A stretch of 64,000 nt of DNA from Gammaproteobacteria bacterium (GTDB lineage: Bacteria; Pseudomonadota; Gammaproteobacteria; JAJFKG01). The translations under genes and the position numbers were made by a program. This document shows, in pieces, positions 13,100 to 24,470 of the stretch (the first letter of the stretch is position 1; each line of letters starts with the position of its first letter). The stretch spans positions 224,001 to 288,000 of the forward strand of contig OZ220716.1 in assembly GCA_965116795.1 (NCBI GenBank). Direction: 5' to 3'. The notes under the pieces are model-generated. The model was given only the letters and a program-made list of their open reading frames with translations. It was not told where the DNA came from and did not search any database.

Positions 13100-13414
13100 T
13101 TACTGTGTCTCGTCACTATTATTCTCGATGACGGTTGGCACTAAATATAAATTCGCTTCACTCGACGGTGCGATTGCCATCGCTTGTGCACATTGGTCAG
13201 CCTCAGTCACTCGATCATCACGTAATCGTTGGCTGGTCTGATCACCGAACGGATGTGCCATGGGTAACACATCGGTTGTATCATACGTATTTAACGTCTC
13301 AACCAATGCCAAAATTTTATTCATATCTTGACTGAACTCCGGTATAGCATCGCCTTCAATCGCCAACTGTGCCAGCCGGGCAATATTACGTACATCGTCA
13401 GAGGAAACAGACAT
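13100..13414 (-). CDS. gatC: Asp/Glu-tRNA amidotransferase subunit C
   Basis: [19 protein letters not shown]; upstream of gatA. Confidence 0.93.
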   Translation of the reverse strand: MSVSSDDVRNIARLAQLAIEGDAIPEFSQDMNKILALVETLNTYDTTDVLPMAHPFGDQTSQRLRDDRVTEADQCAQAMAIAPSSEANLYLVPTVIENNSDETQ

Positions 13415-13607
13415 GGCTTAACTCCTAAGCTGGATTATTTATGACCGCCAATAGGGGCGTTAGTATATCAGGATGAAAGCATACCACCAAAGCCATACAC
13501 ATTTATTTTTTATTTAATGCCATTTAGTATTGCGCCATGTACATGTTAGTGGCTATATCCGTATCCACGTATGCAAATATAGAGACTATACAAGCCAGAA
13601 TAATTGG

Positions 13608-15044
13608 CTAGCTAGGTTTCAAACGACATTTATCAGGGTCGGTATAACTGTTAGTATTACAAATCCAACTAGTATTAGACTCCTCGCTCCAAACATCTCC
13701 TATAACCTCACTAACATCTATTCGGGTTAATACCAGAGAATTAACTTGGTCAATGTCATCTGCGTACTGAGCGATAGCCTCCGTAGGAAACAACGAGAAG
13801 GTTGTATATATAAGGTGCGTATTAGGCTTTTTAGGATCAAACCCAGGGCTAATGCCTAAGAATGTCCATCCTCCAAAACTACTATTAAGTGGAGGTGTAC
13901 CACTAGCAAAAGCCACTTGAAGCTCCTCTATTGTCAACGGCCTAATGTAGTTAATAATCTCACCACCATCAGCAATGGCCAACACTTCTGTCATGCGTAC
14001 TGCTGGCTCTTGCGTCCAACTTAGCAAACTTTGGCGTTGTTGTTTGGAAAACTCACCGTACTCACGTGATGATGGATCTAACGATATATTTAAACGCCCA
14101 CCACTGGTAAAAAAGCTATGTGCTGTTGCACGGCTATCTACATAATCGGTTGTCCCTTCCAATTCCAATTGCATACCGTTTGGAGACGGCAGCAACCAAC
14201 CAATCCCGCCCCTGTATTCACGCTGCGTTTGTTGTAAGCGCGTCAAAAACTTCACTTTTAATCGTGGCAATAATCGTTGTTCTAGCCGAACATGACCACC
14301 CACACCATTTACCTGTTTGCCATGGCGGTATTTTGTATTGAAACGCACACTGTCATAATCAACTCCACCACTCAAACGATTGTACGGCCATAAACGCAAT
14401 ACAACATCAGCATGCACATTCCCTGCATCAGCACCGGCAATGTGTCGTTGTTCAGCAGTAACTTCTGTCAGACTAGGATCAGATAATGTCTGCCCTTCTG
14501 ATAATGACTTATTCGGCGCATGAGCATAATAACCACCGACATCAAATGATTCGATATAAGGGTTTTCAAATATGAACGCATAAGCGGCACCAATCGCATT
14601 TTGCTCCACCCACGTCGATGCGGTGCTTGCAACAAAATCAAAATCTAACTTCTGTTGCAACCGATCAAATGTCAATTTGAGGCGCTGATTGGCAACAGTC
14701 CCCATACCATAGGTCACATTTGCACGAAACACCTTAGGGCCTGCATTAATTTCCAAGGCTGCTGCATAACGTTCACTACTGCCAAGGTAACTGGCCACCT
14801 TGGCTTCCGCGATAAACCCTAATGTCTTATCCCCATACGCACCCATACTAAACACAGGTGATCGGAACCCACTTGCTTTATTAGATTGATTCGTTTGAGA
14901 TCGGCTAGTTGATTGAGGTGCCGTCCGTGAATGATTGGAAGTATCTGCAAGCAACGCGGCATGTGTTTGATAGGAGAAAAAAGTAACTAATCCGATAACA
15001 ATAGCAAACTTTACACAATGGGGGGTTAGGTAATTTTTGGTCAT
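13608..15044 (-). CDS. Secreted/outer-membrane beta-rich protein, possibly an inverse-autotransporter-like barrel with a short C-terminal passenger
   Basis: Signal peptide (THA-A), Ser/Thr/Gln linker, ~300 aa of amphipathic beta strands, WT..PAV.M..VLAIAD linker, then a ~115-aa domain with two Cys. Confidence 0.5.
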   Translation of the reverse strand: MTKNYLTPHCVKFAIVIGLVTFFSYQTHAALLADTSNHSRTAPQSTSRSQTNQSNKASGFRSPVFSMGAYGDKTLGFIAEAKVASYLGSSERYAAALEINAGPKVFRANVTYGMGTVANQRLKLTFDRLQQKLDFDFVASTASTWVEQNAIGAAYAFIFENPYIESFDVGGYYAHAPNKSLSEGQTLSDPSLTEVTAEQRHIAGADAGNVHADVVLRLWPYNRLSGGVDYDSVRFNTKYRHGKQVNGVGGHVRLEQRLLPRLKVKFLTRLQQTQREYRGGIGWLLPSPNGMQLELEGTTDYVDSRATAHSFFTSGGRLNISLDPSSREYGEFSKQQRQSLLSWTQEPAVRMTEVLAIADGGEIINYIRPLTIEELQVAFASGTPPLNSSFGGWTFLGISPGFDPKKPNTHLIYTTFSLFPTEAIAQYADDIDQVNSLVLTRIDVSEVIGDVWSEESNTSWICNTNSYTDPDKCRLKPS

Positions 15045-15087
15045 TTATACCATCCTTGGTTAACAATAAGTTAAATAATCCTACTAT

Positions 15088-16105
15088 ACGCCATGCTCGA
15101 CTTTTTTGGGATAAAATTGTTTAAAGTTTGACTGGCACAGTGAATTCCAGTAATTTTGGTTTGAAAGAATCGCCCTTACAAGGAGAGTCACCATGCCATT
15201 GGAGGATTTTATCATTACGGTGTTTTGTTTAGTAGCGGAAAGTACCAAAAGTATGGAAGGATTACAGGTGCTACGACATCGAGGTTTCGCACCAAAGTTA
15301 TCAGATGAAGAAGTAATTACCATGGAAGTTGTCGGAGAATTTTTAGGAATTGATACAGATAAAGGCTTATGGTCTTATTTTAAAACTAACTGGCAAATGT
15401 TGTTTCCCGATCTAGGAGCACGTAGTAACTTTGCAAAACAAGCAGCAAACCTGTGGAAAGTAAAACAAGTTATCCAAATGAAAATAGGTGACCAACTGCA
15501 TGCTACTGATGACACATTACATATGGCAGATGGATTTCCGATACCGGTTTGCAAATTCAAACGAGCAAAATATAGTCGTGTATTTAAGGGTGAAGCAGGC
15601 TTTGGATACTGTGCATCCAAAGATGAGACTTATTACGGTTTCAAAGGAAATGTTGTGATTAATTCTGAAGGTGTGATCAGTAGTATAACGGCGACAGCCG
15701 CTAATATCGATGAAAGAGAATCGCTTTGGGATATTATTGGCGGCATTAGTGGATTAATGTTGGCTGACAAGGGATTAATTGGCAAAGATTATCAACAGCA
15801 ACTGGCACGAGAGACAAACGTAAACTTGCAAACACCACTACGCGATAATATGGTTGATACAAGAGGAAAAGATGCAGCATCATGGTTGATATCAACACGG
15901 CGTTTGGTTGAAACGGTTATCGGCCAATTAAGCGAACGGTTTCATATTCAAAAAGTCAGGGCAAGAGATACATGGCATTTCACTAATCGTGTTACCAGAA
16001 AAATATTATCACACACCTTGGCCGTATTTATTAATAAGATAGTGGGTAACAAACCACTTCAGTTTGAAAGGCTCGTCACTGTATGAAAAAAGTCGAGCAT
16101 GGCGT
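15088..16105 (+). mobile_element. IS982-family insertion sequence, intact
   Basis: 20-bp perfect TIR ACGCCATGCTCGACTTTTTT (15088-15107 and 16086-16105), 6-bp direct repeat TACTAT on both flanks, single transposase. Confidence 0.95.
15193..16086 (+). CDS. IS982-family DDE transposase
   Basis: KLSDEEVIT, DGFPIPVC, YYGFK, ADKG, RRLVETVIGQL motifs. Confidence 0.93.
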   Translation: MPLEDFIITVFCLVAESTKSMEGLQVLRHRGFAPKLSDEEVITMEVVGEFLGIDTDKGLWSYFKTNWQMLFPDLGARSNFAKQAANLWKVKQVIQMKIGDQLHATDDTLHMADGFPIPVCKFKRAKYSRVFKGEAGFGYCASKDETYYGFKGNVVINSEGVISSITATAANIDERESLWDIIGGISGLMLADKGLIGKDYQQQLARETNVNLQTPLRDNMVDTRGKDAASWLISTRRLVETVIGQLSERFHIQKVRARDTWHFTNRVTRKILSHTLAVFINKIVGNKPLQFERLVTV

Positions 16106-16324
16106 TACTATATTAAAAAACAGTGATACCTTAGAGTATTTTTTGAAAAGATTCAATGCATATTAACTTACTTTAACGACCATGATTATGCTGCTTACTC
16201 AACACGACAAACACACGCTCAAATCGCGCTAACCAACATCACTGCCCATATCATTTAATACTTGGTGTTCAACGCATTCTGCTTTAGAATTATGCCTGAT
16301 TTACATTCAGATGAGATGACATGA

Positions 16325-17455
<1,131 letters not shown>

Positions 17456-17525
17456 ACGCAATAGTCTAATAGCTTTTTAATTCAAGTTGCCATTGAAAAA
17501 AAGCGAAAGAATAGGAGATTAGGCT

Positions 17526-18368
17526 ATCAAACTATTCAAGCAAGGCTCTCTGCTAGGTTTGCGTTTGTTAATGTTAATTGTATTGTCTATTGTCATGATG
17601 ACATTGGATCACAATCAACAGACCATACGTCCACTACGTACTACACTAAATTGGATCATTACACCATTTCAATATATGGTTAGTTGGCCGATTGATGCAG
17701 CGCATTGGGCACAGCAAACCTGGGTAAACCATCACCAATTAAGTCGAACCAACAAACAATTACGCGAACAACTATTACAACTCCAAGGTCAATTACAACG
17801 CCAACTTAGCTTAGAACAAGAAAATACAACGTTGCGTGCGCTGTTAAATTCAGCTAGCTATGTGCACGGCGATGTGTTAGCTGCACAATTACTCGCAGTT
17901 AACACTGCACCTTTTGTTAATGAAATTATTATCAATAAAGGATCCCAAGCACACGTAGCATTGGGACAACCTGTGATTGATGCTAGCGGGATCATGGGGC
18001 AAGTGATCGAAGTTAATCAATTCACCAGTAGGGTATTGCTGATTGATGACACACGTAGTGCAATCCCAGTACAAGTCCAGCGTAATGGGATCCGTGCTAT
18101 TGCAGACGGCCGCGGCACTGCTAATCAATTGACACTATTGCATATACCAGAAACAGCAGATATTAAAGTTGGCGACTTACTGGTTACCTCAGGACTTGGA
18201 CAACGTTTTCCAATTGGATACCCTGTAGCAACAGTGACTGAAGTCATTCACAGTCACGGAGAAACATTTGCAACAATTATTGCTAAACCACGTGCACAGT
18301 TAAACCGTAGTCGTTATGTATTATTAGTATGGCCAAATTCAAGTTTGGCATATACTCTGCGCAATTGA
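17526..18368 (+). CDS. mreC: Rod shape-determining protein MreC (probable ATC start)
   Basis: TM helix, coiled coil, GDLLVTSGLGQRFPIGYPVA; homology-like N-terminus IKLFKQGSLLGLRL begins at ATC 17526 after AGGAG. Confidence 0.93.
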   Translation: MKLFKQGSLLGLRLLMLIVLSIVMMTLDHNQQTIRPLRTTLNWIITPFQYMVSWPIDAAHWAQQTWVNHHQLSRTNKQLREQLLQLQGQLQRQLSLEQENTTLRALLNSASYVHGDVLAAQLLAVNTAPFVNEIIINKGSQAHVALGQPVIDASGIMGQVIEVNQFTSRVLLIDDTRSAIPVQVQRNGIRAIADGRGTANQLTLLHIPETADIKVGDLLVTSGLGQRFPIGYPVATVTEVIHSHGETFATIIAKPRAQLNRSRYVLLVWPNSSLAYTLRN

Positions 18369-18425
18369 ATTGTAGGTTTTGTTGGCTACGCGATATTGCC
18401 TACAATCCAATTGCTTGAGTCTATA
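18351..18425. repeat. Short ERIC-like element overlapping the mreC 3' end
   Basis: tatactctgcgc..ttgtagg..ttgttggct..caatccaattgcttgagtctata; encodes YTLRN*. Confidence 0.85.
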
Positions 18426-18505
18426 CGTTGTTATAACTTAGCAAAGGTTTTTTAGTAAAGGCGGCATTTGTATTTTTCTGACAAATAAGGATAGATAATA
18501 AACTC

Positions 18506-18994
18506 ATGCAATTGCATTATTTAAAGTATTGGCTAATGGTAATCATTACTATCAGCATTGCACTGTTGTTAACTCAATTACCCTTACCCAGTTGGGCACA
18601 ATGGTACCGCCCACATTGGTTATTGCTCGTTGTATTATATTGGGTAATGACTACACCCAATCAAATTGGGATCATGACTGCCTGGCTGATTGGCTTATTA
18701 CTGGATACAAACCAAGGTACTGTGTTAGGTGAACATGCATTGGCATTTGCCATCACTGCATTTCTTGCAGCTAAATGGTATCGACGCATCAAGATGTTCC
18801 CACTATTTCAACAAGCTTGTACTATCTGTTTACTGACATTAGTCTATTTACTTATTATATTCTTGATACAAGGTATTCAAGGATACAGCTTCCAGCATAT
18901 GGGCTACTGGTTAAGTGCGATTAGCAGCGCGGTACTATGGCCATGGATATTTATCATATTATGTCGTTATCAGCAGCGGTTTAATCCTTATTAG
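18506..18994 (+). CDS. mreD: Rod shape-determining protein MreD
   Basis: Hydrophobic, RPHWLLLVVLYW, GLLLD..GTVLGEHAL. Confidence 0.93.
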   Translation: MQLHYLKYWLMVIITISIALLLTQLPLPSWAQWYRPHWLLLVVLYWVMTTPNQIGIMTAWLIGLLLDTNQGTVLGEHALAFAITAFLAAKWYRRIKMFPLFQQACTICLLTLVYLLIIFLIQGIQGYSFQHMGYWLSAISSAVLWPWIFIILCRYQQRFNPY

Positions 18995-19018
18995 GATAAT
19001 GTCTATGAGTAAGCAACT

Positions 19019-22000
19019 GTGAAAAAATTACTGTCACGTATAACACATGCCGTATTATATACAGTGATCACACTGATTATCAGTGCAGCAATCCTATCCA
19101 GCCTGGCACGTGCAATAACTCCCTATCTAAATACTCATAAAGCTGCATTAGCAACTTGGATAAGTCAATTACTAGGTCCAAATGTAACGTTAGACAGTCT
19201 TGAAATAACCTGGCAAGGCTTATCCCCAAAATTACAATTACATAATGTATCGTTACATAGCCACAATACGTTACTAGTGCATGTTAATACGGTTAACATT
19301 GGCGCCAATATTATTCAATCATTATGGAAATGGGAATTTGAGCCCGGCACAATTGCTTTATCTGGCACCAAATTAACACTATGGCAACAACCAGATGGTA
19401 GTATTAGTACTACTGCTACAGCAACAAAACAATCTAGCCCACAATTTAATTGGGTTATTGACTGGTTAACATCTCAACATCGCATCGCATTGAATAATGT
19501 TCAACTTAATTTGCATCTACATGATAAACGTACAGTAATACTAGATAATTTACATGTACAACTGACTAATCGGCTTGATCAACATCATATAAGTGGTGGC
19601 TTTATTTTACAGCAACCTAACTATTCTCCTGGCCAAATATATTTTACAATGCAACTAGTAGATGATCTTAGCAAAGCTGGTCTGCGTTCTATTCATTCAT
19701 TATCTGATTTGTTTGCTCATATCACTAGCAAATCTTATATAGTTGCTAAAAAATTACAATTATCCCCTTGGTTATCGCAAAAAACTGTGCGCAATTGGCA
19801 ATTAACCCAAGGCACAAGTAATGTAGAACTATGGTTAGACTGGGATGGGAAAAAGCAAGCTATACTAGCCAATGCGAACGTTAATCTAACTGCGATGCAA
19901 CTTAAAAATAATAAAACAAAACAACTTTATCAACAGCCTTACCTGGCTGGCATATTGAAATTATCGATTAATCCTGAACATTGGCAACTGTCTGCTAATC
20001 AAATTCGCTTCAATAACAGTAAGTCTGCTACGACACACGATGTTAGCATTGATGGCGTAATGCAAGCAGGCCATCTCAGTAACATTAAAACCATTTGGCT
20101 ATCAGACTTACACTTAAGCATATTAAATAGTTTGATTAAGTTACAGATACTCACCGAAAATGATATTACTATACCCATTACCAAACATAAATTATCTGGG
20201 CAATTACATAATATTTACTTTCATTTAAATACTGATAAGAATGGTCCTAAATGGCTGTTGCTGGCTGATTTTGATCAATTATACATGCAAGCTTGGCAAC
20301 AAATTCCTGGCATTCAAAGATTCTCAGGGCAATTACAAATAACGCCTTATCATGGTTTTATTACCCTAGACAGCCAACATGCACACATTGATTATCCAAC
20401 TTTATTTAGCAAACAATTTGATTTAAACCAATTACAAGCAGAAATTATGTGGGCAGTGAGTCAACAAGGCTGGTTTGTTGATATTCAACATATTCATGCA
20501 GAAAATCCAATATTCACCTTATATGGTAATACTCATGCATTTATTCCATCAGCAACACAACCGATTAACTTGGATATGGCACTGCATTTTGATATCAATC
20601 AATTAGATAGCTTATCAACAATATACCCAGACAAAATTGCACCTAAGGGTTTAACCAGTTGGTTGACTGACAATCTCCTTAGTGGCGATCAGTTAAGCGG
20701 CAATGTTTTGTTACGTGGACCAATCACGGCATTTCCGTTTGCGAAGCAACAAGGTATCTTTCAAGTCAATGCCACTGCTAAGCACCTGAATTTTACCCCA
20801 ACAACAGATTGGCCAGTCGTACAAAATGTTGATGCAACCTTTGACATTCACCAAGCACATTTTCAATTTAATGTTAGCAAAGCTACGCTATATAAGAATG
20901 TAATCAGTGATGTACAAGGTGACATTACGGCAATCGACCAAGAGACACCATTAATTATTAAGGGAAAAACACAAGGTGATTTACAAGATGTACAACGCTA
21001 CCTATTAGCTACACCACTAGCTAATCAGTTACCATTATTAAAGTTAACCCAAGGTTCGGGGGAAGTAACCAGTCGAATACGATTACAAATCCCACTAGAT
21101 GATGTAACGCCTTATAATACACAAACTTACATGTCGCTAGATAATGCAACACTAACATTACCATATGGCTTGCCACCACTAACACGTATTAAGGGCAACA
21201 TTCTCATCAATGATGATATCATCACAGCAGATGATATCAGTGCGAAATGGTTAAATAATCTGAGTAAGATTACCATTAATACTCGAAAACAAAAACAATT
21301 TAACCTCATTGATGTTGAACTATCTGGTAAATTAAGTAGTGATATATTACAACAGCACTTAAGTAAAACATGGCATGATTACTTTGATGGCAGCAGTGAA
21401 TTTACACTGCATTTTCAGCATTCTACTGATCCAAAACAACCATTACACACAACAGTCAAAACTGATCTGCGTGGTATGCAAATTAATGTGCCACCACCTT
21501 TTTCAAAAACCAAATCACAAACAATGTACTCAGCACTAGCATTATCTTTTTTACAAGACAGATTACAGCAACTGTCTTTCAATTACGGTAGTGAATTGGC
21601 TGGCTTTATTAAATTTAAACCCGATTCGACTGCTATTCAAGCTGGTCATTTCGTATTTGGGAAGCAAACAGCAACTCCACCTACGATTGATGGGATCACA
21701 TTAAGCGGTCACTTGCCCCATCTTGATGCTGATAAATGGCTGTCAACTTATGCTAAACGCACATTACCATTAACTGACGATAACACACCATCAGCACTGT
21801 CTAATTTGTTAACACAATTACACCGCATTGATATTAGCTTTGATACAGTCAACGTATTTGATCAAATCCTATCGCCAATGAAACTTGGTGCCACACTTAA
21901 TCAACAAAATACCCAGCTACAATTAAATAGCCCTCAATTACGTGGTAATTTGACTGTACCAATTGACTTATCAAAACAACCCATTAGTGGCACTCTTGAT

Positions 22001-22939
22001 CATGTAAAATTAATTTTGCCTAAGCAAGATCAACAACAAACTAACATTTCATCGATCAAACCAGCAACGTTGCCCGCACTTGATCTGACTATTCATAAAC
22101 TCGTCATTAACAATGATGACATTGGTGCCCTTGTGCTAAATACACAACCTATTAAGAATGGCATTGGCATTAATAACATTAATCTAGTGAATCGTTATTT
22201 TAAATTGGCAGCTAAAGGAAACTGGTTACAAACTGAAAATGGTGATAGCAGTCAATTAAATGGCTCTATTAGCACCAAACATTTAAATAGATTATTAGCT
22301 TACTGGAATAAAGTACATGATATCAAGGGAACAACTGGCAATATAAACTTTGACGTTGCTTGGCCTGATGATTTATTTAAATTTAAACTTGCTAATACGA
22401 CAGGTACAGCCAATATTACTCTAGGTGAAGGTCGTATTGTTAACATTGGTGCCAATGACACATCACAACAGATGAATTTAGGTCGTTTATTAAATGTATT
22501 TAATCTATCATCACTATCAAGACGATTGAAATTAGACTTTAGTGACATCACTAAAAAAGGATATAGTTTTGATTCTGTCGAAGGCAATTTCGCTTTAGAT
22601 AATGGTAAAGCAACAACAAGAGATACTATAGTGAAAGGATCAATTGCTGATTTACAATTAGCAGGTACTATTAACTTACAGAATAAAGTTTACGACTTAT
22701 TATTAACGGTTATTCCACATTTAACATCCAGTTTGCCAGTAATAGCAACCGTTGCTGGGACTGCAGCATTAGGACCACTAGGTGCTGTAGTTGGCGCTGC
22801 AACGTGGCTAGTTGATAAAGCGATAATCAATCCAAGTCTAGGCAAATTAACAAGTTATACTTATCACATTACTGGTCCATGGGAAAAACCAAAAATGACA
22901 GCAATCACAAAGAAACCGTCTCAACAATCCACACAATAA
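19019..22939 (+). CDS. yhdP: YhdP/AsmA2-family phospholipid transport protein
   Basis: 1306 aa, N-terminal TM anchor, RRLKLDFSD..KGYSFD and YHITGPWEKP C-terminal motifs, after mreD. Confidence 0.88.
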   Translation: MKKLLSRITHAVLYTVITLIISAAILSSLARAITPYLNTHKAALATWISQLLGPNVTLDSLEITWQGLSPKLQLHNVSLHSHNTLLVHVNTVNIGANIIQSLWKWEFEPGTIALSGTKLTLWQQPDGSISTTATATKQSSPQFNWVIDWLTSQHRIALNNVQLNLHLHDKRTVILDNLHVQLTNRLDQHHISGGFILQQPNYSPGQIYFTMQLVDDLSKAGLRSIHSLSDLFAHITSKSYIVAKKLQLSPWLSQKTVRNWQLTQGTSNVELWLDWDGKKQAILANANVNLTAMQLKNNKTKQLYQQPYLAGILKLSINPEHWQLSANQIRFNNSKSATTHDVSIDGVMQAGHLSNIKTIWLSDLHLSILNSLIKLQILTENDITIPITKHKLSGQLHNIYFHLNTDKNGPKWLLLADFDQLYMQAWQQIPGIQRFSGQLQITPYHGFITLDSQHAHIDYPTLFSKQFDLNQLQAEIMWAVSQQGWFVDIQHIHAENPIFTLYGNTHAFIPSATQPINLDMALHFDINQLDSLSTIYPDKIAPKGLTSWLTDNLLSGDQLSGNVLLRGPITAFPFAKQQGIFQVNATAKHLNFTPTTDWPVVQNVDATFDIHQAHFQFNVSKATLYKNVISDVQGDITAIDQETPLIIKGKTQGDLQDVQRYLLATPLANQLPLLKLTQGSGEVTSRIRLQIPLDDVTPYNTQTYMSLDNATLTLPYGLPPLTRIKGNILINDDIITADDISAKWLNNLSKITINTRKQKQFNLIDVELSGKLSSDILQQHLSKTWHDYFDGSSEFTLHFQHSTDPKQPLHTTVKTDLRGMQINVPPPFSKTKSQTMYSALALSFLQDRLQQLSFNYGSELAGFIKFKPDSTAIQAGHFVFGKQTATPPTIDGITLSGHLPHLDADKWLSTYAKRTLPLTDDNTPSALSNLLTQLHRIDISFDTVNVFDQILSPMKLGATLNQQNTQLQLNSPQLRGNLTVPIDLSKQPISGTLDHVKLILPKQDQQQTNISSIKPATLPALDLTIHKLVINNDDIGALVLNTQPIKNGIGINNINLVNRYFKLAAKGNWLQTENGDSSQLNGSISTKHLNRLLAYWNKVHDIKGTTGNINFDVAWPDDLFKFKLANTTGTANITLGEGRIVNIGANDTSQQMNLGRLLNVFNLSSLSRRLKLDFSDITKKGYSFDSVEGNFALDNGKATTRDTIVKGSIADLQLAGTINLQNKVYDLLLTVIPHLTSSLPVIATVAGTAALGPLGAVVGAATWLVDKAIINPSLGKLTSYTYHITGPWEKPKMTAITKKPSQQSTQ

Positions 22940-23408
22940 TATGCAGTAAACCCCACGCATACACACCAGCAACTGCATCATCTAACATAATGCCAAATCC
23001 ACTATGAAAACGACGTTCTAATATTGCGATGGGAAATGGTTTATAAATATCAATTATTCTAAATAATACAAATCCGACAATCATCCACCACCAACCACTC
23101 GGTGCCAACAGCATTGTTATCCAATAACCAACAAATTCATCCCACACAATACTGGGATGATCATCCAAACCAACTGCCTTTGCAGCAATCCCACAACAGA
23201 AAATACCAAAGATAAATGCCAATACTAAACATATTAAATACCCATAAAATGGTAATTGGTTTAAGCCAAGATATATGAATAGTGCTAATAAACTCCCCCA
23301 AGTACCTGGTGCAAATGGCAATAACCCACTTCCAAACCCCACTGCACATAAAATCAATGGTTGGGTTAATACTTGCTTTTTAGTAAATGTGACTGGAATA
23401 TTTGTCAT
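22905..23408 (-). CDS. pgpA: Phosphatidylglycerophosphatase A
   Basis: GFGSGLLPFAPGTWGS, IVWDEFVG, FRIIDIYKP, GIMLDD; start set at ATG 23408. Confidence 0.95.
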   Translation of the reverse strand: MTNIPVTFTKKQVLTQPLILCAVGFGSGLLPFAPGTWGSLLALFIYLGLNQLPFYGYLICLVLAFIFGIFCCGIAAKAVGLDDHPSIVWDEFVGYWITMLLAPSGWWWMIVGFVLFRIIDIYKPFPIAILERRFHSGFGIMLDDAVAGVYAWGLLHIIVWIVETVSL

Positions 23409-23431
23409 GACTTCATTACTGTTCACGCTGA

Positions 23432-23505
23432 TATACTCAGCGCCCTTGAATTGTAGGCTTTGTTGACTACGCGATATTGCCACATTTCTAAATGCGGTGA
23501 GTATA
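23432..23505. repeat. Short ERIC-like element supplying the nusB stop
   Basis: TATACTC...GAGTATA, 74 bp; the last 29 bp are identical to 24442-24470. Confidence 0.88.
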
Positions 23506-23922
23506 TTCTAATGGTCGCCAACGTTGTGCTGCTTTATCTAAAACGCTATTTACAAAACTATAACTATCTTGTGCACCGAATAGTTTAATGATCTTAATTG
23601 CTTCATCAATGATGATAGCATAAGGCACATCAACACGTTCACTTAATTCAAATATGGCTAAACGTAATACGGATAACGTCACTGGATCAAGTTTATTAAT
23701 CGGCCGCGTTAAATCATGAGATAGTTTCGTATCAAGTGCATCAACTTGCTCAATGACCCCTTTGGTTAAGGCATCAAAGTAGACCATGTCTACTTTTGCC
23801 ATGTTATTTTCAGCAAGAAAGTCATCGCGTATTTGTGCCGCTGTTCGCTTAGTAAAATGCCATTGATACAATGCTTGCACAGCAAAACGCCGCGCTTTAT
23901 GTCGTGCACTCGGTTTAATCAT
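23488..23922 (-). CDS. nusB: Transcription antitermination factor NusB
   Basis: [32 protein letters not shown]. Confidence 0.95.
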   Translation of the reverse strand: MIKPSARHKARRFAVQALYQWHFTKRTAAQIRDDFLAENNMAKVDMVYFDALTKGVIEQVDALDTKLSHDLTRPINKLDPVTLSVLRLAIFELSERVDVPYAIIIDEAIKIIKLFGAQDSYSFVNSVLDKAAQRWRPLEYTHRI

Positions 23923-24370
23923 GATCTGCTAATCGCTCTATTTCTTCACGAAATTCATTGATATCTTGAAAACGACGGTACACTGATGCAAAACGTACAT
24001 AAGCAACTTGATCTAAGTTACGTAATTCTGACATGACTGATTCACCCAATGTGTTAGCACTGATTTCACGCTCACCAGAAGCACGTAATAATCGTTTTAT
24101 ATTTGCTATTGCTTCTTCTATTTGTTCAGCACTAACCGGCCGTCTTTCCAGTGCACGTTGCATACCTGCACGTAATTTTTCTTCATTAAATGGTTCACGG
24201 CGTTTATCATTCTTGATCACATGTGGCATGACTAATTCTGCTGCTTCATACGTGGTAAACCGCTCAGCACACTGTACACATTCACGCCGGCGACGGACTT
24301 GCGTACAATCACTAATTAAGCGTGAATCGATAACTTTAGTATCTGGTGCTTGACAAAAAGGACAATGCAT
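23915..24370 (-). CDS. nrdR: Transcriptional repressor NrdR
   Basis: [18 protein letters not shown] cone, [10 protein letters not shown]. Confidence 0.97.
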   Translation of the reverse strand: MHCPFCQAPDTKVIDSRLISDCTQVRRRRECVQCAERFTTYEAAELVMPHVIKNDKRREPFNEEKLRAGMQRALERRPVSAEQIEEAIANIKRLLRASGEREISANTLGESVMSELRNLDQVAYVRFASVYRRFQDINEFREEIERLADHD

Positions 24371-24389
24371 TACTTCAACCTTACTTTGG

Positions 24390-24470
24390 CAATTGCTTGA
24401 GTCTATATTTCGTTATAACCCATATCAAACATCATTTCTATTTGCCACATTTCTAAATGCGGTGAGTATA
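24390..24470. repeat. Composite ERIC-like remnants supplying the glyA stop
   Basis: caattgcttgagtctata plus ttgccacatttctaaatgcggtgagtata. Confidence 0.8.

Noticed and set aside
22905-22939. 35-bp convergent overlap of yhdP and pgpA
   Set aside because: Short tail-to-tail overlaps are common and both proteins look complete.
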